A stretch of DNA of 32,000 bases from Pseudomonas aeruginosa (GTDB taxonomy: Bacteria > Pseudomonadota > Gammaproteobacteria > Pseudomonadales > Pseudomonadaceae), in assembly GCF_001457615.1 (NCBI RefSeq), contig NZ_LN831024.1, positions 3,870,001-3,902,000 of the forward strand, given 5' to 3'. The translations under genes were made by a program, and so were the position numbers. Positions 25,680 through 32,000 of this stretch are shown in pieces. Under the pieces are notes generated by a model. It did not search any database, had not been told where the DNA came from, and saw only the letters and a list, made by a program, of their open reading frames with translations. Position 1 is the first letter of the stretch. Every line of letters begins with the position of its first letter.

Positions 25680-27095
25680 ATGCGAATCGCCGCCCTCGAC
25701 CAGGGAACCACCAGTACCCGCGTGCTGGTCGCCAGCCAGGACGGCAGCGCCGATATTCAGTTGGCGCTGCGTCACCAGCAACACCATCCGCAGTCCGGCT
25801 GGGTCGAGCACGATCCGCTGGAACTGCTGGCCAACCTGCAACGCTGCCTGGAGGCCAGCGGCCGGGTCGACGCCATCGGCCTCGCCAACCAGGGCGAAAG
25901 CTGCATGGCCTGGGACGCCCGCAGCGGCGAGCCGTTGTCGCCGCTGATCGTCTGGCAGGACAACCGCACCACCCCGCACATCGAGCGTCTACGCGCCAGC
26001 GGCGCCGAGGCGCTGGTCCTGGAACGCAGCGGCCTGCCGCTCGACGCCTATTTCTCGGCCAGCAAGCTGGGCTGGATCGTCGAGCACCTTCCGGCCGCTC
26101 GCAGGGCTTTGAAGGCAGGCCGCCTGCGCCTGGGAACCAGCGATGCCTGGTTTCTCGACCGCTTGTGCGGAACCTTCGCCACCGACGTCACCACCGCCTC
26201 GCGTACCGCATTGATGAACCTCGCCGAGGGCCGCTGGGACCCCGACCTGTGCGCCCTGTTCGGCGTGCCGATCGAGTGCCTGCCGGAAATCCGCGATACC
26301 GTCGGCCATTTCGGGGTGATCGGCAACACCCCGCTGACGGCCTCGGTGGTCGACCAGCAGGCCTCGCTCTACGGTCACGGCTGCCGCCAGCCCGGTGATG
26401 CGAAGATCACCTTCGGCACCGGCGCCTTCGCCCTGACTCTCAGCGGCGAGCGGATCATCCGCTCGCCGGAGACAGGCCTGCTCGCCACCATCGCCTGGCA
26501 GATCGATGGCAAACCGGTGTACGCCATGGACGGCGGGGTCTACGACGCCAGCGCCGCGGTCGAGTGGGCCGGGCGTCTCGGCCTGTTCAGCGACTTCTCG
26601 GAACTGGCCGGCTTCGACCGGCCGCCGGCCATCGAGCGCGGCCTGGCCTTCGTCCCGGCCCTGTCGGGACTCGCATGCCCGCACTGGGACCGCAGCGCCG
26701 GCGCGATGTGGCTGGGAATGGACGCCGGCACCCGCCGCGAGGACCTCTGCCAGGCCCTGCTCGAAGGCGTGGTGCTGCGCAGCGCCGAGGTGATCCAGGC
26801 GATGGACGGCTACCTGAAGGTCACCGACCGCCTGTCCATCGACGGCGGCCTGGCGCGCAGCCCCTACTTCGCCCAGTTCCTCGCCGACAGCCTGCAACGG
26901 CGCATCGTCACCCAGCGCTTCGACGAACTCACCGCCTTCGGTTGCGCCGCCCTTGCCGCGCGTGGCCTCGGCCACGAGCTGGCGGAGCCGCGCAATACCC
27001 GCACGGAGTTCCAGCCGCGGGTCGACGCCGGCACCGCCCGGCGCTGGCAGGTGCGTTTCAGCGAAGCGGTGGCGCGCACCCGCGGCTGGCGCTGA
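25680..27095 (+). CDS. FGGY-family carbohydrate kinase, glycerol-kinase-like, 471 aa
   Basis: MRIAALDQGTTSTRVLV, GWVEHDPLEL and PLIVWQDNRT parallel GlpK signatures. The 696-aa upstream extension lies out of frame across the preceding gene and is rejected. Confidence 0.88.
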   Translation: MRIAALDQGTTSTRVLVASQDGSADIQLALRHQQHHPQSGWVEHDPLELLANLQRCLEASGRVDAIGLANQGESCMAWDARSGEPLSPLIVWQDNRTTPHIERLRASGAEALVLERSGLPLDAYFSASKLGWIVEHLPAARRALKAGRLRLGTSDAWFLDRLCGTFATDVTTASRTALMNLAEGRWDPDLCALFGVPIECLPEIRDTVGHFGVIGNTPLTASVVDQQASLYGHGCRQPGDAKITFGTGAFALTLSGERIIRSPETGLLATIAWQIDGKPVYAMDGGVYDASAAVEWAGRLGLFSDFSELAGFDRPPAIERGLAFVPALSGLACPHWDRSAGAMWLGMDAGTRREDLCQALLEGVVLRSAEVIQAMDGYLKVTDRLSIDGGLARSPYFAQFLADSLQRRIVTQRFDELTAFGCAALAARGLGHELAEPRNTRTEFQPRVDAGTARRWQVRFSEAVARTRGWR

Positions 27096-27102
27096 GCCGC
27101 TT

Positions 27103-28203
27103 TCAGCGTCCCGGCCAGCCGGTCTCGCGCAGCGCCGCCAGGAGCCTCTCCCCCTTCAGCGCGGGCACCAGCCGGCCGTCCTCGGTGCGCATGTCCTCGC
27201 CGGCCAGCAGCACGTTGACGATGGCTTCTTCCACCGCCTCCGCCGCCGCGGCGAACAGCGGCGAGATGTGGTCGTTGTTGAGCATCCGCAGCGGCGTGCT
27301 CTGCGGCAGGTCCTTGCGCGCATAGTCGGCTGGCGGCAGGTCCTGGTTGCCGGTGGCGAAGGCGAGGAACACGTCGCCGCTGGAGTCCTCGGTGCCACCG
27401 CCGGTGCGAGCGATGCCGATCGAGGCGCGCTGCGCCAGGCGCTGGCACTGGTGCGGCAGCAGCGGCGCATCGGTGGCCAGGATCACCACGATGGAGCCCA
27501 TACCCGGGGTGCCTTCCTCGCTGAACGGCGAGGGGATGTCGCCCAACCGGCGGCCGACAGGATAGCCATCGACCCGCAGCTCGCGGCGCTGGCCGTGGTT
27601 GGCCTGGACCAGCGCGCCCACCGTCCAGCCGCCCTGCTCCGCCGGAAGCCGCCGCGATGCGCTACCGATGCCACCCTTGAACTCGTGGCAGATCATCCCG
27701 GTACCGCCGCCCACCGAACCTTCGCGGACCGGTCCGGACTCGGCGCAGGCCAGCGCCTCGCCGACCTGGCGGGCGCCGACGTGCTGGCCCCAGATATCGT
27801 TGAGCAGGCCGTCGAAGGTCTCCATCACCACCGGCATGCACCAGTACAGCCCGCTGTCGCCGAGTTCGGCGCGCTCCTCGGCGATCAGCGCGTCGCGCAC
27901 CGCGCCGACGCTGTGGGTATTGGTGATGGCGATCGGGGTGGTCAGCAGGCCGGCTTCGCGGATCCACTCCAGGCCCGTGGCGTCGCCGTTGCCGTTGAGC
28001 ACATGGCAGCCGGCGAAGCAGGGTTGCAGGCGCGCCGCACCGGCGCGCGGCTGGACCAGGGTGACGCCGGTGCGAACCTGCCTGCCGTCGATCCGCTGGT
28101 TCAGGGTGCTGTGGCCGACGCGCACGCCGGGAACGTCGGTGATCGCGTTGAACGGGCCGGGAGTGCCCAGGCCGAGGGTGATGCCAAGTTGTCGAGCGCG
28201 CAT
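27103..28203 (-). CDS. DmpA/S58 (P1) family aminopeptidase (beta-peptidyl / L-aminopeptidase-D-esterase type), 366 aa
   Basis: MRARQLGITLGLGTPGPFNAITDVPGVRVGHSTL and the internal GGGTGMICHEFKGGIGSAS are typical of the DmpA/BapA Ntn-hydrolase family. AGGAG lies 5 nt upstream of the ATG. Confidence 0.85.
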   Translation of the reverse strand: MRARQLGITLGLGTPGPFNAITDVPGVRVGHSTLNQRIDGRQVRTGVTLVQPRAGAARLQPCFAGCHVLNGNGDATGLEWIREAGLLTTPIAITNTHSVGAVRDALIAEERAELGDSGLYWCMPVVMETFDGLLNDIWGQHVGARQVGEALACAESGPVREGSVGGGTGMICHEFKGGIGSASRRLPAEQGGWTVGALVQANHGQRRELRVDGYPVGRRLGDIPSPFSEEGTPGMGSIVVILATDAPLLPHQCQRLAQRASIGIARTGGGTEDSSGDVFLAFATGNQDLPPADYARKDLPQSTPLRMLNNDHISPLFAAAAEAVEEAIVNVLLAGEDMRTEDGRLVPALKGERLLAALRETGWPGR

Positions 28204-28216
28204 GCGGACTCCTGTT

Positions 28217-29584
28217 TCAAAGCTTCTGGAACGCCGGACTGAGCTTGCCGTAGGTGCAGTAGAGAATCACCGACACCGCCAGCAGTCCGACAATGATCAT
28301 CACGTCCCTGGCCGAGGCCGCCAGGAACAGGTTGAGCAGCAGGTATCCCGCGCCGCTCACCGCCAGCAGCGCCGGCAGCGGCCACAGCGGCATCCGGTAG
28401 GGATGCTCGCGGTCGCGCCGCAGCACCCGGCTGAACAGCGCGCAGAGGGCGACGATCAGGTAGACCATGACGATCAGCAACACGGTGAACGAGGTCAGTT
28501 CGGCCAGGTTGGAGCTGAAGCTCAGCGCCGCCGAGGGAATGGCGAGGAACAGCGTGGCCAGCCAGGGCGATTCCCAGCGCGGATGGATACGGGTGAAGGC
28601 ACGGTTCAACGCTGGCATCCAGAGCGCGTCGCGACCGCTGCTGAAGATCACCCGGGCGCTCTGGATGACGATGGCGACGATGGCGTTGAACACCGAGAGG
28701 AAGATTCCCGCGCTGACCAGGCGCGACAGCGTCTCGTTGCCATGGCTGTTCAACAGGTAGCCGATCGGATCGGGGCTGGCGAGCATCGCCGGGAGCGACG
28801 GCGCGCCGATCAGCAGCGCGGCGAGCGGGACGATCTCGATCAGTACTACCAGCGCCAGCGACCAGAGCACCGCGCGATGCACGCTGTGGCCGCCGTCCTT
28901 CATGTCCTCGGCGAGCAGCACCGCGCCGCCGAAACCGTTGTAGGAGAACAGCGCGGTACCGACCGCTCCGATCACCAATGCCCAGGGTGCGATCGCCAGC
29001 AGCCCGCCGTCGCCGACTACCTGCGGCTGCAGCAGGACGCTCGCCGGTTGCTGTGCATGGCCGAAACCGAGGCCGACGATCACCAGCAGCGCCGCCACTT
29101 CCAGCAGCAGGCAGGTACCCGTGACCCAGGCGTTGACGCGGATGTTGAGGATGCCCAGCAGGTAGCTGGAGGCAACGATCGCCAGGGCCACGGTCTGCGC
29201 ATCGAAGTGGGTGCCGAGGGCAGCGTTCAGGTAAGTCGCCGCGCCGGTGGCGAGCACCGGCGGGATGAACAGCAGCATCGCCAGCACCGTGAGGAAGGTG
29301 GCGTAGCCGGCCAAGCCGCCGAACACCCGCTTGGCGTAGACATACTCGCCGCCGGCGGTGCTGTGCGCCCTGCCCAGCTCGGCATAGCACCAGGCGAACA
29401 TCAGCGCCAGCACCCCGGCCAGGGCGAAGGCCCAGAAAGCGCCGGTGCCGGCCTGCTGGATGGCGAAGGGGGCGATGACGAAGACGGAACTGGCGGGAGT
29501 GACTGCGGAAACGGTGATGGCGACCACGTCGAACACGCCCAGCGTGGGTTTCAGCGCACTTTCGGGCGCGGGGGAAGAGCTCAT
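28217..29584 (-). CDS. APC-superfamily amino acid permease, 455 aa
   Basis: 12-TM-type hydrophobic profile with APC-like N-terminal segments. It ends 13 nt upstream of the DmpA-family gene, so the two form an operon. GAGGA lies upstream of the start. Confidence 0.85.
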   Translation of the reverse strand: MSSSPAPESALKPTLGVFDVVAITVSAVTPASSVFVIAPFAIQQAGTGAFWAFALAGVLALMFAWCYAELGRAHSTAGGEYVYAKRVFGGLAGYATFLTVLAMLLFIPPVLATGAATYLNAALGTHFDAQTVALAIVASSYLLGILNIRVNAWVTGTCLLLEVAALLVIVGLGFGHAQQPASVLLQPQVVGDGGLLAIAPWALVIGAVGTALFSYNGFGGAVLLAEDMKDGGHSVHRAVLWSLALVVLIEIVPLAALLIGAPSLPAMLASPDPIGYLLNSHGNETLSRLVSAGIFLSVFNAIVAIVIQSARVIFSSGRDALWMPALNRAFTRIHPRWESPWLATLFLAIPSAALSFSSNLAELTSFTVLLIVMVYLIVALCALFSRVLRRDREHPYRMPLWPLPALLAVSGAGYLLLNLFLAASARDVMIIVGLLAVSVILYCTYGKLSPAFQKL

Positions 29585-29784
29585 GTCGTTGTCCTCTGAT
29601 TGTTATTGAAGTTGAGGCAGTAACGGAGACTCGCGGCGGCCCCTTGCCGGGGCGCTGGTTATGCGCCGACTCTAGGAGCGCGGAACCGGCGGGCCAATCA
29701 CCCTTTGGGGTTACGCCCCTTGACGCGGCGGGTGGAAAAGCCGCAAACCGGAGCCTGCGAAAACCCACCGTGGAGCGAATACGG

Positions 29785-30591
29785 ATGCACACCCTGTTCC
29801 GGGACATCGGCATGCACGCCAGCCTGGGCCGCGCCATCGAACAGATCGGCGGCAACCGTTTCTGGAAGCAATTGATCCTGCTGCTGCGCCAGCACCTGCC
29901 GTTCGACAACGCCCTGGCGATCTTCTACCCCGCCAACGGCGTGCCGGTGGCCCTGGAGGAATACGACGCCGAACCGCACGCCGGGCCGGCCTCGATGCTC
30001 GCCTACCTGAACGGGCTGTACCTGCTCGACCCCTTCTACCAGGCTTGCCGGGAAGGCCTGGCCAGCGGCCTGTACCGCCTCGAGGAGATCGCCCCGGACC
30101 ATTTCCGGCAGAGCGAGTACTACCTCAGCTACTTCCACGACAACGTTCTGGAGGACGAGGTGCAGTTCATCCTACAGGTGCCCGGCCAGGGCGCGCTGTC
30201 GCTGTCGCTGGGCATGCAGAGGATGTTCGCCGACGAGGAATGCGGGATGCTCGGCTTGCTCTCGAGCTGGGTCCTGGCGCTGATGCAGCAGCACTGGCAG
30301 CAACGCAGCCAGCGCCTGTTGCCGGCTGCACCGCAGGAAGAGATGGCCACGCAGATACGCGACGCCCTCAGCCACTTCGGCGCCAGCGTGCTATCGGAAC
30401 GGGAACTGGAGATCGCCCGCCTGATCCTTCGCGGCTACTCGTCGAAGGCCATGGCCGAGCGCCTGGCGATCTCGCCGGAGACGATCAAGGTCCATCGGCG
30501 CCACCTGTACGCCAAGCTGGACATTTCCTCGCAACCGGAGCTGTTCTCGCTGTTCATCCAGTCGCTCGGGCACGACCCGGAGAACCCCTAG
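29785..30591 (+). CDS. LuxR-family (C-terminal GerE-type HTH) transcriptional regulator, 268 aa
   Basis: C-terminal SERELEIARLILRGYSSKAMAERLAISPETIKVHRRHLYAKLDISSQPELF. The N-terminal domain has no receiver or autoinducer motif that I recognise. GGAG lies 9 nt upstream of ATG 29785. It is divergent from the permease-peptidase operon. Confidence 0.8.
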   Translation: MHTLFRDIGMHASLGRAIEQIGGNRFWKQLILLLRQHLPFDNALAIFYPANGVPVALEEYDAEPHAGPASMLAYLNGLYLLDPFYQACREGLASGLYRLEEIAPDHFRQSEYYLSYFHDNVLEDEVQFILQVPGQGALSLSLGMQRMFADEECGMLGLLSSWVLALMQQHWQQRSQRLLPAAPQEEMATQIRDALSHFGASVLSERELEIARLILRGYSSKAMAERLAISPETIKVHRRHLYAKLDISSQPELFSLFIQSLGHDPENP

Positions 30592-30594
30592 GGA

Positions 30595-31011
30595 TCATGG
30601 ATTGGCGTAGCGCCGGCTGAGACCGGGCGGGATGCCGCGAGCGTCGGTCTCGGTCCATGGACCCTGCGGGCTGGTGGACCAGAACCAGCCGCCGTCCCAC
30701 CGGTAGTAGGTGCGCTGGCGGTAGTAGAGATCGCGCTCGCCACGGATCACGTAGACCCCCAGGCTGCCGTCCCAGACGCCCTTGCCGCCTGGCGGCGGGG
30801 CGAACTGCGGACGCGAGCGGCTGGGCTGCGCCGGAGTCTGCGGTTGCGGGGTGATGCGCGGCGGGGTGGCGCCGGGCGCGCTGGACGGACCGGGCTGCGG
30901 CTGGCTCTGCGGCGGCAGCGAGGCCGGCGGTTCGCTGGTCTGCGGCGGATGCACCACGCACCCGCCGAGACCGCCCAGGAGAATCGCCAGACCCAGATAC
31001 TTCGCCTTCAC
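30595..31011 (-). CDS. Small proline-rich lipoprotein, 138 aa (hypothetical)
   Basis: GTG start 7 nt after GGAGG. The product begins VKAKYLGLAILLGGLGGC (signal peptide plus lipobox LGGC). A Pro/Gln-rich linker and a Trp/Tyr-rich C-terminus (YYRQRTYYRWDGGWFWSTSPQGPW) follow. The third-codon-position GC bias is typical of genuine genes here. It starts 26 nt after the cycH stop. Confidence 0.6.
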   Translation of the reverse strand: MKAKYLGLAILLGGLGGCVVHPPQTSEPPASLPPQSQPQPGPSSAPGATPPRITPQPQTPAQPSRSRPQFAPPPGGKGVWDGSLGVYVIRGERDLYYRQRTYYRWDGGWFWSTSPQGPWTETDARGIPPGLSRRYANP

Positions 31012-31037
31012 CGCCGCACCTCCCCAACCGATTGTCG

Positions 31038-32000
31038 TTATGGCCGGGCCGCCTGGGGCTGGTCCGGGCCGTCGATGGTCAGCGCTTGCGCCGACGACTG
31101 GGCAGTAGACAACGGTTTGCCGCGTCCGATCCACTCGCCGGAGATGGCGTTGCCGGCGCGGGATACCCGTGCCACCAGCTCGACCTGCGGGAAACCGCTG
31201 AGCTTGAGCTGCGGCATCATGGCGTCGGCATCGCTCAGGCTGACCTCGGCCGGCAGGTCGGCGACGGTCAGGCGCTTCACTGCCAACGGCATCGGCGGGC
31301 CGCCGACGGCGCGGGCGAAGACGAACACGCTGTCGTCGGCCTTGACCTGGCCCTTCACCGCGTCGCTGATATCCACCTTCACCGTCAGGGTCACCCCGGC
31401 GGCAGCGGGCGCGGCCGGCGCCGGCGGAGTCTGCCCGGCCTCGGTCATGCGCTCGCGGGCGCGCTGGATGCCGCCCTGGATCGCCGAGCGTGCCGGGTCC
31501 TCGTTCGGCAACACCGACACCAGGCGCTCCCAGAAGCCGATGGCGTCGGCGTAGCGCTGCTCTTCGAAGGCGGCGATGCCGAGCAGGCCAAGGGTGGTCA
31601 CTTCGGCCGGGTCGCCCTTCAGCGCCTCGTCGGCCAGGGCCTTGATCTGCGCGGTCATTTTCTTGCCACCGGAGAAATACAGTGCCTGCGCCCACTGGCC
31701 GAGCACTTCCGGCTGCCGCCCGCTGAGTTCGGCGGCGCGTTCGAAGGCCCGCGCCGCATCGGCGCCGCGTTCCTGGGTCATGTAGGTGCGACCGAGGAAG
31801 TACCAGCCCTGGGCGGAATCCGGCTGGGCCTGTACCGCGCGCTCCAGGCGCGCAGTCATCTCTTCCATGGAGTGCGGCGCCTGGGCGAATTCGCGGGCCA
31901 GCTCGACCTTGTCGCTGGCGCCCCAATGCAGGTACAGGCCGAGCGCGACCAACGGCACCAGCAGCGCCGCGACCAGCGGGACCGCCCGGCCCAGGCGCGA
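31038..32000 (-). CDS. cycH: Cytochrome c-type biogenesis protein CcmI/CycH, C-terminal ~320 codons (N-terminus outside the window)
   Basis: The frame is open to the window edge. It contains a TM segment (LVAALLVPLVALGLYLHW) and then TPR-like repeats (WYFLGRTYMTQERGADAARAFERAAEL..., LLGIAAFEEQRYADAIGFWERL). The symbol is assigned by synteny. Confidence 0.8.
   Translation of the reverse strand, partial: SRLGRAVPLVAALLVPLVALGLYLHWGASDKVELAREFAQAPHSMEEMTARLERAVQAQPDSAQGWYFLGRTYMTQERGADAARAFERAAELSGRQPEVLGQWAQALYFSGGKKMTAQIKALADEALKGDPAEVTTLGLLGIAAFEEQRYADAIGFWERLVSVLPNEDPARSAIQGGIQRARERMTEAGQTPPAPAAPAAAGVTLTVKVDISDAVKGQVKADDSVFVFARAVGGPPMPLAVKRLTVADLPAEVSLSDADAMMPQLKLSGFPQVELVARVSRAGNAISGEWIGRGKPLSTAQSSAQALTIDGPDQPQAARP

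Noticed and set aside
30595-31926. 443-aa ORF spanning the lipoprotein gene and the antisense strand/frame of cycH.
   Set aside because: Upstream of the GTG at 31011 the translation is Arg/Gly/Pro-rich and overlaps the well-supported cycH frame. Only the last 138 codons have a signal peptide, an SD and gene-like codon bias.

Overview
GC-rich Pseudomonas-type chromosome. From my memory of gene order (not a search), it is syntenic with P. aeruginosa PAO1 PA1510 to PA1483, read in the reverse direction. Left to right: (1) The AT-richer tail of a T6SS island: 3' end of a Tle4/TplE-like effector, a Tli4-like lipoprotein immunity gene and a PAAR gene, then about 0.5 kb with no intact gene. (2) Core genes: an NCS2 nucleobase permease with a densely packed operator region, a mini LMW-PTP-like gene, moaA, a RutR-like TetR regulator, a decayed SDR remnant and a GlcG/DUF336 gene. 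(3) The glyoxylate operon gcl-hyi-glxR-ttuD-pykF. (4) A urea-transporter-family gene, a 6TM Kv-type K+ channel overlapping an HD-domain gene, muiA (DUF4139), and cysP split by a 1-nt deletion. (5) An uncharacterised DeoR-linked cluster: EutH-like permease, DUF1937, a GlpA-like FAD/BFD dehydrogenase, a Pyr_redox partner and a GlpK-like kinase. (6) A LuxR / APC permease / DmpA-family aminopeptidase module, a small proline-rich lipoprotein, and the 3' part of cycH. I saw no tRNA, rRNA, CRISPR array, IS element or transposase. The most checkable novelties are the cysP frameshift, recurrent operator-like dyads shared between promoters, and the paralogous glp-like cluster. All functional calls come from reading the translations by eye; no database was queried.
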